A DNA stretch of 64,000 nt from Deferribacterales bacterium (GTDB lineage Bacteria; Chrysiogenota; Deferribacteres; Deferribacterales; Geovibrionaceae), in the NCBI GenBank assembly GCA_050253075.1, contig JBFWJS010000001.1, positions 480,001 through 544,000 on the forward strand, read 5' to 3'. The notes beneath the pieces were generated by a model. It had not been told where the DNA came from. It saw only the letters and a list, made by a program, of their open reading frames with translations, and ran no database searches. Every line of letters starts with the position of its first letter. Position 1 is the first letter of the stretch. Positions 1 through 10,248 of the stretch are shown one piece after another. The translations under genes were made by a program, and so were the position numbers.

Positions 1-2
1 TC

Positions 3-620
3 GAGGGAACTATCGCTAATGTTCCGCCACAGGGCGGACGCAAGCACCCTCAGCAGGACTATATACAGGTGGATACATCAAACATCCTCTTCATAGTCGG
101 CGGTGCTTTCGACATGATAGACGAAGTGATCAAAAGACGTGTTGGTAAGAAATCTCTCGGTTTCGCCAGCAAAGAAGCAAACGAAGAGAAGAAAGAATTC
201 AGCAGATTTGAGCTGCTTAGCCAGCTTCAGCCGGCTGACCTTGTCAGATACGGTCTTATCCCTGAGTTCGTAGGTCGTCTCCCCGTTGCTGCAGCTCTTG
301 AGGACCTTGACGAGGAAGCACTCGTCCGCATCCTTCAGGAGCCGAAAAACAGCCTTATCAGACAGTACGAGCAGATGTTTAAGTTTGACGATGTGAAGCT
401 CACATTTACAAACAGCGCTCTCAAAGCTGTTGCGAAAAAGGCTCTCGAACGCAAGACAGGTGCACGCGGTCTCCGCTCCATACTGGAAGAATCGATGATG
501 GAGATCATGTACTCCATCCCATCCGAAGAGGGTGTAAAAGAGTGCATCATTAACGAAGATGTCATCAATGACGGGGCTAAGCCGATTCTTATGTTCGAAA
601 ACAAGAAAGAAACCGCCTGA
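3..620 (+). CDS. clpX: ATP-dependent Clp protease ATP-binding subunit ClpX (5'-truncated by the window)
   Basis: Frame open from window start: [18 protein letters not shown]...[16 protein letters not shown] loop, [19 protein letters not shown]; followed by lon. Confidence 0.97.
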   Translation, partial: EGTIANVPPQGGRKHPQQDYIQVDTSNILFIVGGAFDMIDEVIKRRVGKKSLGFASKEANEEKKEFSRFELLSQLQPADLVRYGLIPEFVGRLPVAAALEDLDEEALVRILQEPKNSLIRQYEQMFKFDDVKLTFTNSALKAVAKKALERKTGARGLRSILEESMMEIMYSIPSEEGVKECIINEDVINDGAKPILMFENKKETA

Positions 621-712
621 TTACAATAAACTGCGCATCTCAGCGTTGCTGTTTCAGGAAAAGATGACTCACAGCGCCTTAACCTGCTTCCTGCTTGTTT
701 ATGGAAATCAGG
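616..712. repeat. 97-bp element with imperfect 16-bp terminal inverted repeats (MITE-like)
   Basis: CCTGATTACAATAAAC (616-631) vs reverse complement of 697-712, CCTGATTTCCATAAAC: 14/16 match; overlaps clpX stop. Confidence 0.5.
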
Positions 713-770
713 AACGAAACGACAGATATGTCTACATAGTCCGCACTATTTTATGCGGGTTAATATATAT

Positions 771-796
771 AAGGGGTACTTTGGTACCCCTTTTTT
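771..796 (+). terminator. Intrinsic terminator after clpX
   Basis: AAGGGGTAC-tttg-GTACCCCTT followed by T run. Confidence 0.85.
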
Positions 797-952
797 ATTT
801 AGTGCACATAGCCGCCTAATGGCAATACGGAACGTCACAATGCATAATCTTTGTGGATTGTAGCGTTTTTGGTATTTAAACTATTGGTCTTAGGGACTAT
901 AATATTATTTCGAAACAAGTGATAACTACTCAAATCGCAAAAGGAGTTTCCT

Positions 953-3259
953 TTGGATAGAATAGAGCAATATACACTCATCCCGCTCAGGGACATGGTT
1001 ATTTTTCCTTATATGATATCCCCTGTCTTTGTCGGCAGGGATAAATCTGTCAATGCTGTCACTATTGCAGAAGGTTCGAGCAAGCACATCTTCTTTGCTC
1101 TGCAAAAGGATGACGAGCTTGACGAACCGGAGATGGAAGATCTTTACGCTACGGGCGTAGTGGCTAAACTGCTGCAGGTTCTAAAGCTCCCTGACGGCAC
1201 GGTAAAGCTGCTTGTGGAAGGTGTCGACAGAGCCCGTCTGCTGAGCGTGGCTGACGAAGGGGACAGTCTCTTCGCTAATGTAGAGATACTCGAAGACAAT
1301 GATGTGGATAAATCTGAAGAGCCCGCACTTTTTAAGATGCTGGCGGACAGCTTTAACACCTATGCAGATATTTCCAAAAAGATAAATGATAATGTTCTCG
1401 CATCCATTAAAGAGATAGACGAGATAGACAGGCTGACATACTCCGTAGCCGCCAATATGCCTATGCGCAACGAAGAGCACCAGACCATCCTTGAGATGGA
1501 CGACACCACGGCAAGGGTGGAAAAGGTGATAGAGCTTGTGCAGACATACATCGAGCTCACAAAGATGGATACACGCATCAGACAGAAGGTTAAAAACCAG
1601 ATGTCCAAAGCGCAGAAGGAATACTATCTCGGCGAACAGGTTAAGGCGATAAATGAAGAACTCGGCAAAGACGACGACTTCAAAGCCGATATGGACGAGA
1701 TAGAGGAAAAGATAAAGGGCGCAAAACTTGCGGATAATGTCCGTGAGCGTGCCGAAAGAGAATTCAAAAAGCTGAAGCTGATGTCGCCTATGTCGGCTGA
1801 GGCGACTGTTGTGCGTAACTACCTCGACTGGCTCTTAAGTATGCCGTGGGGTGAATATACAGAGGATGACCTCGAGCTTGGCAATGCGGAAAAGATACTG
1901 AACCGTGACCACTTCGGTCTGGAAAAGCCGAAGGAACGCATCCTCGAATTTCTCGCCGTGAAGAAGATAGCCGACAATATAAAAGGCCCCATCATATGCT
2001 TCACCGGCCCTCCGGGGGTGGGTAAGACATCTCTGGCGAAATCCATAGCCGAATCTATGAACCGCAAGTTTGTCCGTATGTCCCTCGGCGGTATGCGTGA
2101 CGAAGCGGAGATTCGTGGACACCGAAAGACATACATAGGCTCAATGCCCGGTAAGATACTGCAGTCCCTTAAAAAGGCTGGCAGTTCGAACCCTGTCTTC
2201 CTCCTGGATGAGATAGACAAGCTCGGCTCAGATTTCAGAGGCGATCCGTCGTCTGCGCTCCTTGAGGTTTTAGACCCCGAGCAGAACAGCACATTTATGG
2301 ATCATTACCTCGAGCTGGAGTACGACCTTTCAAAGGTGTTCTTCATCACCACTGCGAACAACCTCGGCAACATCCCGAGACCTCTTCTGGACAGAATGGA
2401 GGTCATACACGTCAGCGGATACACTGAAAAGGAAAAGCTGCAGATAGCGAAGCAGTTCCTTGTACCGAAGCTGATAAAAGAACACAACGTAGAAGAAAAG
2501 GTGACACTGGCCGACACTGCCATCCTCGAGATCATTAGAGGATATACCAAAGAGGCGGGCGTGCGTAACCTCGAGCGTGAGATAGCCTCCGTTGTGCGTA
2601 AATGCGTTAAAAAGATAGTAGAAAAGCCGGAAAAAGATTCGGTGAAAGTAAATAAAGGTACGATAGAAAAATTTCTCGGCATACCTAAATTCAGAGATTC
2701 TGATATCCCTAATGCAAGGGAGATCGGCGTTGCTACAGGTCTTGCATGGACTCCGTACGGCGGAGATATCCTTCAGATAGAGGTCGCCGTGTCAAAGGGG
2801 AAGGGCGCAATGCTCGTTACCGGTAAGCTCGGAGACGTGATGCAGGAGTCTGCAAAGACAGCATTCACTGTTGTGAAAAGTCATGCATCAAAATTTAAAG
2901 TGCCTGCTAACATGTTCTCAGATATGGATATACATGTGCATGTCCCCGAGGGTGCCGTGCCCAAGGACGGCCCTAGTGCGGGTATAACCCTCGCCACTGC
3001 ACTTATGTCTGCCATGTCGGGCAGAGAGGTGCGGTGTGACGTCGCCATGACGGGGGAGATAACCCTGCGTGGTCGTGTGCTCGCCATAGGCGGTGTGAAA
3101 GAAAAGGTGCTGGCCGCTCACAGAGCAGGCGTGAAGGAGATCATCCTTCCGAAGGCCAATGATAAGGACTTGACAGAAGTCCCCGCCGATGTTAAAAGTG
3201 TAGTTCAATTTCACCTCGTTGATAATATCGAAGAGGTTTTTGAAATTGTCATAATTTAA
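953..3259 (+). CDS. lon: Lon protease (endopeptidase La)
   Basis: PLRD N-domain, Walker [10 protein letters not shown], catalytic PKDGPSAG and K in GGVKEK; AAGGAG RBS before TTG. Confidence 0.98.
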   Translation: MDRIEQYTLIPLRDMVIFPYMISPVFVGRDKSVNAVTIAEGSSKHIFFALQKDDELDEPEMEDLYATGVVAKLLQVLKLPDGTVKLLVEGVDRARLLSVADEGDSLFANVEILEDNDVDKSEEPALFKMLADSFNTYADISKKINDNVLASIKEIDEIDRLTYSVAANMPMRNEEHQTILEMDDTTARVEKVIELVQTYIELTKMDTRIRQKVKNQMSKAQKEYYLGEQVKAINEELGKDDDFKADMDEIEEKIKGAKLADNVRERAEREFKKLKLMSPMSAEATVVRNYLDWLLSMPWGEYTEDDLELGNAEKILNRDHFGLEKPKERILEFLAVKKIADNIKGPIICFTGPPGVGKTSLAKSIAESMNRKFVRMSLGGMRDEAEIRGHRKTYIGSMPGKILQSLKKAGSSNPVFLLDEIDKLGSDFRGDPSSALLEVLDPEQNSTFMDHYLELEYDLSKVFFITTANNLGNIPRPLLDRMEVIHVSGYTEKEKLQIAKQFLVPKLIKEHNVEEKVTLADTAILEIIRGYTKEAGVRNLEREIASVVRKCVKKIVEKPEKDSVKVNKGTIEKFLGIPKFRDSDIPNAREIGVATGLAWTPYGGDILQIEVAVSKGKGAMLVTGKLGDVMQESAKTAFTVVKSHASKFKVPANMFSDMDIHVHVPEGAVPKDGPSAGITLATALMSAMSGREVRCDVAMTGEITLRGRVLAIGGVKEKVLAAHRAGVKEIILPKANDKDLTEVPADVKSVVQFHLVDNIEEVFEIVII

Positions 3260-3276
3260 GAAAGGATGTGATTACT

Positions 3277-3495
3277 GTGGCAGTAAACGCAGTAGTTCGC
3301 GTCGACGGTGATAACGTCGACTACGCCCTCAAACTTCTCAAGAAGAAGATAGAGCGCGAAGGTCTCATCAGAGAGATCAAAAAGTATACTTACTACGAGA
3401 AACCAACTGAGGTTCGTCGTAAAAAGCTTCTTAAAGCTCGCAGAAAGCAGCAGAAGCTTCAGCGTAAGATCGCTGAAAAGTACAAATACTATTAA
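3277..3495 (+). CDS. rpsU: 30S ribosomal protein bS21
   Basis: ALKLLKKKIEREG...YYEKPTEVRRKK motif; GTG at 3277 chosen for RBS spacing (the ORF track starts at 3268). Confidence 0.93.
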   Translation: MAVNAVVRVDGDNVDYALKLLKKKIEREGLIREIKKYTYYEKPTEVRRKKLLKARRKQQKLQRKIAEKYKYY

Positions 3496-3573
3496 TAGGT
3501 CATTTGTGCGCATCACCGACAGGTGTAAAATTGTTTATGAATGGTCGCTTGTATAAGCGGTCGTCTTTATAGG

Positions 3574-3607
3574 AAACCGGTAGAGCGAGGCCTTTACCGG
3601 TTTTTTT
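3574..3607 (+). terminator. Intrinsic terminator after rpsU
   Basis: AAACCGGTAGAG...CTTTACCGG followed by T7. Confidence 0.85.
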
Positions 3608-3706
3608 ATTTCTCTTCTTTCTATAAACTTCGTATTTCTTCGTGCTTATTTTGTCTGCTTGGGTCACATACCAAACTATAATTACCTGTCATTGCGAGCA
3701 GAGCAG

Positions 3707-3732
3707 AAAAAAAGCGGAGCACTGAGCTCCGC
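3707..3732 (-). terminator. Intrinsic terminator after secA
   Basis: Minus strand GCGGAGC-tcagt-GCTCCGC followed by T7. Confidence 0.88.
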
Positions 3733-3739
3733 CTTATGA

Positions 3740-6340
3740 TTAATCTTCTGTCTCTTCCGCAGAGTCTTCGCTGCGTCCGTGGCACTTCTTATATTTCAGT
3801 CCGCTGCCGCACGGGCATGGGTCGTTTCGGCCTACTTTCGGCATAGACCTTGTCTGAGGCTGTTTCTTCTTTTCTTCCTTTTTCTGTTCGGCGAAGATAT
3901 CTCTGTGCTCTTCTGTTGTCTGCACTTTTTCCTTCTTCTGTGCTTCGGCAACGTCTGATTCCGCCTGTACCTGTACATGGAAGAGGAATTTTACTACGTC
4001 GGAGTTGATCTTGTTCATCATCTCGAGGAAGAGGTTGAACGCCTCGCGTTTATATTCATTGAGCGGGTCTTTCTGTCCGTATCCTCTGAGTCCCACGGAG
4101 TCACGCAGGTAATCCATCTGGAGGAGGTTTTCCTTCCATTTGGTGTCGAGGATGTTTATGTAGAGGAATCTGATAACATCCGCAAAGTATCCGCCGAACT
4201 GATCACGTTTCTCATCGAGTTTTTCATTGATGAGCTTTTTGAGCCTTTCGAGGTCTGCGGGTATCTCTTTCTTATCAGCAGAAAGTTTGAATTCTATGTC
4301 GAATGTATCTTCGACATCTTTCTCAAATGCCTCATAGTCGGGCTTGTCTGTGGCGTTGATGTACACCTCATACATGGTGTCGAGAACATTCTCGATGGTC
4401 TCGAGGATGATGTCCTCTGTCGCCTCGCCCGATATTATATCCTTACGCAGGGAATAGATGACATTCCTCTGCTGGTTCATTACGTTGTCATAGTCGAGCA
4501 GGTGCTTTCTTATCTCAAAGTGGAAAGCCTCGACCTTTTTCTGTGCGCCCTCGATAGATTTGCTGATGATAGGGTGCTCGATGGATTCGCCCTCTTTCAT
4601 GCCGAGTTTCTGCATGATGTTGGATATCTTTTCCGAGCCGAAGATGCGCATAAGGTCGTCTTCGAGGGAAACGAAGAAACGTGAAGACCCCGGGTCACCC
4701 TGACGTCCGGCACGTCCACGGAGCTGGTTGTCGATACGTCTGGACTCGTGTCTGTCTGTACCAAGGATATGCAGACCGCCGAGCTCGGCAACGCCTTCGC
4801 CCAGCTTAATATCCGTACCACGACCGGCCATGTTTGTGGCGATGGTCACGGCGCCTTTCTTACCTGCGTCTATGATGATCTCAGCCTCACGCTCGTGGTT
4901 TTTGGCGTTGAGCACTTCGTGCTTTATGTTCCTTTTGGAAAGGAATGAGCTGATGATCTCTGTTTTTTCGATGGAGCTTGTACCGACGAGAACAGGTCTG
5001 CCTGATTTATGCATCTCTTCTATCTCGTCAACGATAGCTATGAGCTTCTCCTGAACGGTGCGGAAGATAATGTCTGAGTGGTCCTTACGTATCATGTTCA
5101 TGTGTGTAGGGATAACAGCGACCTCCAGCCCGTAGATAGAGAGGAATTCCTGTGCCTCTGTGAGGGCTGTACCTGTCATACCGGAGAGGTTCTTATACAT
5201 TCTGAAGTAGTTCTGGAATGTGATGGATGCCAGCGTCTGGTTCTCGCTCTGGATAGTGATGTTCTCCTTTGCTTCCAGTGCCTGGTGCATGCCGTCTGCG
5301 TAGCGTCTTCCCGGCTGAAGTCGTCCGGTGAATTCGTCTACGATGACAACCTCGCCGTCTTTGACAACATAGTCCACGTCTTTCTTATAAAGAGAGTGTG
5401 CCTTGATAGAGTTGTTAAAGTGATGGAGCATATCGACGTATTTGATGTCGAAGAGGTTGTCTATACCCAGTGCTGCTTCGATGGCGTTGATGCCTTCGTC
5501 ATTGAGCTGGGCCGATTTATTCTTTTCATCGAGTTTATAGTGTTTATGAGGCTCGAGGTCTTTAACGATGTTATTTACTTCGTAATAATGGTCTGTCCCG
5601 CGCTCTGTCGGGCCGGATATGATGAGCGGTGTTCTCGCTTCGTCGATGAGGATGGAGTCCACCTCATCCACAATGGCGAAGTTCAGCGTGCGCTGTGCGA
5701 GGGGCTCATCGGGAGATTTCATGTTATCACGGAGGTAGTCAAATCCGAATTCGTTGTTTGTACCGTATGTGATATCTGCGGCGTATGCTTCGTTCCTTGC
5801 GCATGGGGTCAGCTTTGTGGTGAGCTCGGCTTCGTTGTCCCATTCGATGAGGAATGAAGACATGTGCTGTATAACACCCACTGTAAGTCCGAGATAAAGG
5901 TAAACAGGAGCCATCCACTGAGCATCTCGTCTGGCGAGGTAGTCGTTCACTGTGACGAGGTGTGCGCCTTTTGCCTCGATACCGTTCAGGTAGAGTGCCA
6001 GCGTCGCAACGAGTGTTTTACCTTCACCGGTTTTCATCTCAGCTATCTTTCCGGCGTTCAGAGCATAACCACCCATCATCTGAACATCATAGTGTCTCAT
6101 GCCCAGTGTTCTGGTGGATGCTTCTCTGGCAACGGCGAATGCTTCAGGGAGCAGGTCGTCCAGAGTCTTTCCGTTTGCGAGAGCAGCCCTGAACTCGGCT
6201 GTTTTAGCCTTGAGCTGTTCGTCGGAAAGTGCTTTTATGCCTTCCTCCAGACTATTTATTTTATCGACCACAGGCTGCAGCTTTTTTGCGTATCTGTCAG
6301 TGTATGAGCCGAATATCTTTTTAGCGACGCTTTTTAACAT
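3740..6340 (-). CDS. secA: Preprotein translocase ATPase SecA
   Basis: [41 protein letters not shown]-terminal zinc-binding [18 protein letters not shown]. Confidence 0.99.
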   Translation of the reverse strand: MLKSVAKKIFGSYTDRYAKKLQPVVDKINSLEEGIKALSDEQLKAKTAEFRAALANGKTLDDLLPEAFAVAREASTRTLGMRHYDVQMMGGYALNAGKIAEMKTGEGKTLVATLALYLNGIEAKGAHLVTVNDYLARRDAQWMAPVYLYLGLTVGVIQHMSSFLIEWDNEAELTTKLTPCARNEAYAADITYGTNNEFGFDYLRDNMKSPDEPLAQRTLNFAIVDEVDSILIDEARTPLIISGPTERGTDHYYEVNNIVKDLEPHKHYKLDEKNKSAQLNDEGINAIEAALGIDNLFDIKYVDMLHHFNNSIKAHSLYKKDVDYVVKDGEVVIVDEFTGRLQPGRRYADGMHQALEAKENITIQSENQTLASITFQNYFRMYKNLSGMTGTALTEAQEFLSIYGLEVAVIPTHMNMIRKDHSDIIFRTVQEKLIAIVDEIEEMHKSGRPVLVGTSSIEKTEIISSFLSKRNIKHEVLNAKNHEREAEIIIDAGKKGAVTIATNMAGRGTDIKLGEGVAELGGLHILGTDRHESRRIDNQLRGRAGRQGDPGSSRFFVSLEDDLMRIFGSEKISNIMQKLGMKEGESIEHPIISKSIEGAQKKVEAFHFEIRKHLLDYDNVMNQQRNVIYSLRKDIISGEATEDIILETIENVLDTMYEVYINATDKPDYEAFEKDVEDTFDIEFKLSADKKEIPADLERLKKLINEKLDEKRDQFGGYFADVIRFLYINILDTKWKENLLQMDYLRDSVGLRGYGQKDPLNEYKREAFNLFLEMMNKINSDVVKFLFHVQVQAESDVAEAQKKEKVQTTEEHRDIFAEQKKEEKKKQPQTRSMPKVGRNDPCPCGSGLKYKKCHGRSEDSAEETED

Positions 6341-6368
6341 TTAAATCTCCATAATAAATATAATGTAA

Positions 6369-6446
6369 GTCACTCTGAACATAGTGAAGAGTCTGAAACA
6401 GAAAGAAAAGTTCATAAAAACAGATCCTTCGCAGGCTCAGCATGAC
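6369..6446. repeat. REP-like inverted doublet (GTCA-CTGA subfamily)
   Basis: GTCACTCTGAACATAGTGAAGAGTCT ... AGATCCTTCGCAGGCTCAGCATGAC; related to 44839-44905. Confidence 0.7.
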
Positions 6447-6459
6447 GTAAATATCAGTC

Positions 6460-7353
6460 TTAGTCTTTCCCCTCGGTGCGGACTATCAGCCAGAATATCA
6501 TACCGAGTACAAGAATGGCGGAAAGTATGAATCCGTGCTGGAACATATTCCCCTGTTCGTGCTTCAGCGTGATGATGAGTAGGTCTCTGATGAAAGCTAT
6601 CAGAGCCACACTGATGAACACCGAGGTCTTGAACTTGCCCCCTCGGATGATCTGTACCTCCGTGTGCAGCAGCTCCACCAAAACCCAGATGATCAGGAGC
6701 GAGCCCAATGCCGTGATAAGCATAGCCTCCACATGCCCCTGCAGCAGGTGAACTATGTCCTGTGCGAATATCCATACGGAAACAACCGTAAGCCCCATAA
6801 GCACCAGAACGAGTATCGAGTGCATCACAAGGGAGAAAAACTCGGAAAAGTCTATTATGATCCTCTGCCAGCTGAATACCGTGCTGTATTTGCTGACGGT
6901 CTTGTCGTAATAGGCTCCGAGCATTATCTCGTTGTTTATGTCGAGCAGTTTATGCAGAGAAAGGAGTATAGCCTTTCTTTTATAATCGTCGTCTATGATC
7001 TGAAATACCTTTTCGTGAAGCCACAGCCTCGCAAAGCTGATCATGGCAGTGAGGAAATCAGGTTCGAATTCGTATTTATAAAGCCCCGTCCCCTGCTTAT
7101 AGAGAAAGTTGTAATAGGCAGTCTTCGGGCATCCTTCGAAAAGGAATTCATACCAGCGCTCCAGCTTCGCCACATTGGCTTCCATAGCCTTCTGCTGTAT
7201 ATCCGTAAGGCTGAATTTAGACTTCACGGCTTCGTAATAGTCCTCTATGAACTCTTCTTTGTGTCTTTGCATATATGGCTGAATATAAAGAAGATTTTCG
7301 ATATCGTTTTCTGAAAGGTCGTAGTGCTTCTGAAGACTTTTGTGGTATCTCAT
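6460..7353 (-). CDS. Protoglobin/globin-coupled-sensor-like domain fused to a PsiE-like 4-TM domain
   Basis: N-terminal ~150 aa helical domain (LSENDIENL...EEFIEDYY...LERWYEFLFEG) resembles globin sensors; C-terminal LLIIWVLVELLHT...FISVALIAFIRDLLI resembles PsiE. Confidence 0.7.
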   Translation of the reverse strand: MRYHKSLQKHYDLSENDIENLLYIQPYMQRHKEEFIEDYYEAVKSKFSLTDIQQKAMEANVAKLERWYEFLFEGCPKTAYYNFLYKQGTGLYKYEFEPDFLTAMISFARLWLHEKVFQIIDDDYKRKAILLSLHKLLDINNEIMLGAYYDKTVSKYSTVFSWQRIIIDFSEFFSLVMHSILVLVLMGLTVVSVWIFAQDIVHLLQGHVEAMLITALGSLLIIWVLVELLHTEVQIIRGGKFKTSVFISVALIAFIRDLLIITLKHEQGNMFQHGFILSAILVLGMIFWLIVRTEGKD

Positions 7354-7481
7354 GAAAACCTCGCCTGTTTACGGCATATTTTGTATCTTAAGCCATTACA
7401 GGGAAATGGATATTTATCTCTTGCTATGTTAGGATAAAATAAGTAGAAAATAAAGTAAAATAAAAGTCTGAGGTGTAAGCT

Positions 7482-8063
7482 GTGGAGCGTAAAGCAACAA
7501 TCGAGCGAAAAACAACAGAAACAGACATCAGCATCAGCCTGAATGTCGACGGCACTGGCGAGTATAAGGTAGAGACGGGCGTAGGCTTTCTCAACCACAT
7601 GCTGGAGCTCTTTTCACGTCACGGTTCATTCGACCTGACTGTTAAGGCAGACGGCGATACACACATAGACGCACACCACACCGCAGAGGACATAGGCATT
7701 GTGCTTGGCGATGCATTCGTTCAGGCTCTCGGGGACAAGAGGGGCATCCGCAGATACGGCTTTTTCCTCCTCCCTATGGACGAGACACTCATCGAGTGCG
7801 CCGTGGATTTCTCCGGCAGGACATACCTGAATTTTGACGCACCGATAGCATCGGCAAAGGTCGGCGATTTCGACACCGAGCTCGTAGAGGAGTTCTTCAA
7901 GGCGTTCGCAGACAGAGCAGGCATCAACCTGCACATAGTGAAACGCTACGGGCGCAACACTCACCACATCATAGAGGGCATCTTCAAATGTGTGGCGAGA
8001 GCCATCAAGGACGCCGTTAAGATAGAGGGTGACAAGATACCTTCCACTAAAGGCATGATATAA
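7482..8063 (+). CDS. hisB: Imidazoleglycerol-phosphate dehydratase
   Basis: RKTTETDI, DAHHTAED, PMDE, NTHHIIE motifs. Confidence 0.97.
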   Translation: MERKATIERKTTETDISISLNVDGTGEYKVETGVGFLNHMLELFSRHGSFDLTVKADGDTHIDAHHTAEDIGIVLGDAFVQALGDKRGIRRYGFFLLPMDETLIECAVDFSGRTYLNFDAPIASAKVGDFDTELVEEFFKAFADRAGINLHIVKRYGRNTHHIIEGIFKCVARAIKDAVKIEGDKIPSTKGMI

Positions 8064-8070
8064 TTTTTCC

Positions 8071-8166
8071 GTCATTGCGAACCCGTTAGGGTGAAGCAAT
8101 CTTCCAACGTATTGCATCACAGCATTCGGGCTAAGATTACTTCGTCGCTCTGCTCCTCGTAATGAC
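8071..8166. repeat. REP-like inverted doublet (GTCATTGCGA family)
   Basis: GTCATTGCGAACCCGTTAGGGTGAAGCAATCT ... AGATTACTTCGTCGCTCTGCTCCTCGTAATGAC. Confidence 0.85.
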
Positions 8167-8189
8167 ATTAAATATTAGCGAGGAATTTA

Positions 8190-8810
8190 ATGATTTCTGT
8201 AATTGATTATGGAATGGGAAACCTGAAAAGTGTGGAGAAAGCTCTCCAGTCTCTCGGTTTCGACGCAAAGATAACATCAGACCCTGACGAGGTTCGTAAA
8301 TCTGAAAGAGCTGTTCTGCCGGGCGTAGGCGCATTCGGCGACTGCCGTAAAGGGTTGAAGGACAGCGGGCTGGAGGAAGCGGCTCTCGAGATAATAAAAT
8401 CCGGTAAACCCCTCCTCGGTATCTGCGTGGGCATGCAGATGCTCTTTGAAAAAGACTATGAATTCGGCGAACACGACGGATTCGGATATTTCAAAGGCTC
8501 TGTGAGAAAATTCCCCGATGAGATAGTCAGAGACGGGCTGAAGATCCCCCAGATAGGCTGGAACCAGATCATTAAGAAATTCGAACACCCACTGCTGGAA
8601 GGTATCAGCACGGGTGATTATTTTTACTTTGTACACTCTTACCGTGCAAAGTCTGAAAACCCCGAGGCGGAAGCACTCACATGTGTTTACGGTGAGGAAT
8701 TCACCGCTATGGCCATCAGGGATAATGTTGCCGCTACGCAGTTTCACCCTGAAAAGAGCCAGAAGCTCGGGCTGCATCTTTTAAACAACTTTGCCAACTG
8801 GAAGATTTAG
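8190..8810 (+). CDS. hisH: Imidazole glycerol phosphate synthase glutaminase subunit
   Basis: IDYGMGN, PGVG, GICVGMQ, YFVHSY, QFHPEKS. Confidence 0.97.
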   Translation: MISVIDYGMGNLKSVEKALQSLGFDAKITSDPDEVRKSERAVLPGVGAFGDCRKGLKDSGLEEAALEIIKSGKPLLGICVGMQMLFEKDYEFGEHDGFGYFKGSVRKFPDEIVRDGLKIPQIGWNQIIKKFEHPLLEGISTGDYFYFVHSYRAKSENPEAEALTCVYGEEFTAMAIRDNVAATQFHPEKSQKLGLHLLNNFANWKI

Positions 8811-8831
8811 CAACCTGAGGCGAACGAGTCA

Positions 8832-8908
8832 GTCATTGCGAGGAGAGCTATGCTCGACGCGGCAATCTTAGGCTAAGATTACTTCGTCATTTCATTCCTC
8901 GTAATGAC
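8832..8908. repeat. REP-like inverted doublet
   Basis: GTCATTGCGAGGAGAGCTATGCTCGACGCGGCAATCT ... AGATTACTTCGTCATTTCATTCCTCGTAATGAC. Confidence 0.85.
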
Positions 8909-8936
8909 CAATTACTTTTTCTGAAAGGAGATTTTA

Positions 8937-9653
8937 ATGCTTATATTACCTGCGATAGACCTGCTCGGCGGAAAAGCTGTCCGCCTGAAACAGGGCGACA
9001 TGGACGACTTCACAGTCTATTACGATAACCCTCTGGATGCGGCAAAGATGTTTGCCGATATGGGAGTAAAGAGACTTCATATAGTAGACCTCGACGGAGC
9101 CAGAAAGGGCGAAGCGACCAACTTCGGGCTTATCGAAAAGATCGTCGCTCAGGCCGGGATGGAGATTGAAGTGGGCGGAGGCATCCGAAATATGGAGCGC
9201 CTCGAAGCATACTTTAATATCGGCGTGAAATACGGCATCCTCGGGACAGTGGTGGTGAAAGACCCGCAGTTCGTAAAGGACGCTATGAAGAAATTCCCGG
9301 GACGCATCATCCTCGGCGTGGATTCCAAAGAGGGATACGTTGCCACCGAAGGCTGGTATGAAAAGAGTGAACTCACAGCCGTCGAACTCATCAATAGCTA
9401 TGAGGGATACGCAGCAGAGTCTGTCATCTATACAGATATCATGCGTGACGGTATGCTCTCAGGGATAAACCTCGAGGCGACCATCAGCCTTGCGGAAAAT
9501 ATAAGCTATCCTGTCATCGCATCAGGCGGTCTGAAAGGCATAGAGGACATCAAAGCCCTTCAGGGTAAAAAGAATATTCTCGGAGCTATCACAGGCAAAG
9601 CCTTTTACGAAGGGAAGATAGACCTCGAAGAAGCACTTAAACTGCAGGGGTAA
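8937..9653 (+). CDS. hisA: ProFAR isomerase
   Basis: ILPAIDL..GKAVRLKQG, LHIVDLDGA, VGGGIR, TDIMRDGML. Confidence 0.97.
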   Translation: MLILPAIDLLGGKAVRLKQGDMDDFTVYYDNPLDAAKMFADMGVKRLHIVDLDGARKGEATNFGLIEKIVAQAGMEIEVGGGIRNMERLEAYFNIGVKYGILGTVVVKDPQFVKDAMKKFPGRIILGVDSKEGYVATEGWYEKSELTAVELINSYEGYAAESVIYTDIMRDGMLSGINLEATISLAENISYPVIASGGLKGIEDIKALQGKKNILGAITGKAFYEGKIDLEEALKLQG

Positions 9654-9657
9654 TTCC

Positions 9658-10125
9658 ATGCATAAATTATATATGTTCATCGCTCTCGGATTCGGCTCAG
9701 GGAAAGCACCCTTTGCACCCGGGACATTCGGCACACTGGCGGGCATAATCCCCGTTCTGCTCACAATGGGAGCTCCGTACTGGGTGAAGGCTCTCGTCTT
9801 CGTCGGCATCATGATGCTCGGCACTATGTCTGCACAGTATCACGGCACATACACAGGGGAGAAAGATGCCTCTGAGGTAGTCATTGACGAGATAGCCGCT
9901 TACTACATGATATTTCTCGTTTTCCCCGTCAGCACCTTTACGCTGATAGCGGGATTCGTACTTTTCAGACTTTTCGACATTACAAAACCCTATCCGATAA
10001 AGAAACTGGAAAAGCTCGAAGGCGGTGTCGGCGTCATGATAGACGACATTGTAGCAGGGCTTTACAGCATGGTCGCTCTGGCTGTGGTCTATTTCGGATA
10101 CATAATGATATTTGCGCATAAATAA
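9658..10125 (+). CDS. pgpA: Phosphatidylglycerophosphatase A
   Basis: GSGKAPFAPGTFGT, VVIDEI, FRLFDITKPYPI, GVMIDD. Confidence 0.95.
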   Translation: MHKLYMFIALGFGSGKAPFAPGTFGTLAGIIPVLLTMGAPYWVKALVFVGIMMLGTMSAQYHGTYTGEKDASEVVIDEIAAYYMIFLVFPVSTFTLIAGFVLFRLFDITKPYPIKKLEKLEGGVGVMIDDIVAGLYSMVALAVVYFGYIMIFAHK

Positions 10126-10131
10126 ACTTTT

Positions 10132-10225
10132 GTCATTGCGAGAAGCGAAGCGACGAAGCAATCTTCTACGCTCAGTAATGCAGCATAGGCGGAAGATCAC
10201 TTCGGCTTATCAGCCTCGTGATGAC
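10132..10225. repeat. REP-like inverted doublet
   Basis: GTCATTGCGAGAAGCGAAGCGACGAAGCAATCT ... AGATCACTTCGGCTTATCAGCCTCGTGATGAC. Confidence 0.85.
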
Positions 10226-10248
10226 TCATGAATTTTAGAGGTGGGAAC

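Noticed and set aside
3500..3570. Small hairpins in the rpsU 3' region (CACC-gaca-GGTG; CGCTT-gtat-AAGCG) as an ncRNA
   Set aside because: Stems too short and no recognisable family; cannot be supported without covariation data
3977..6344. Several plus-strand ORFs of 100-260 aa
   Set aside because: Antisense shadows of secA
8071..10225. Recurrent palindromic repeats as a possible CRISPR array
   Set aside because: Separated by whole genes, arranged as inverted doublets, variable in sequence, no cas genes
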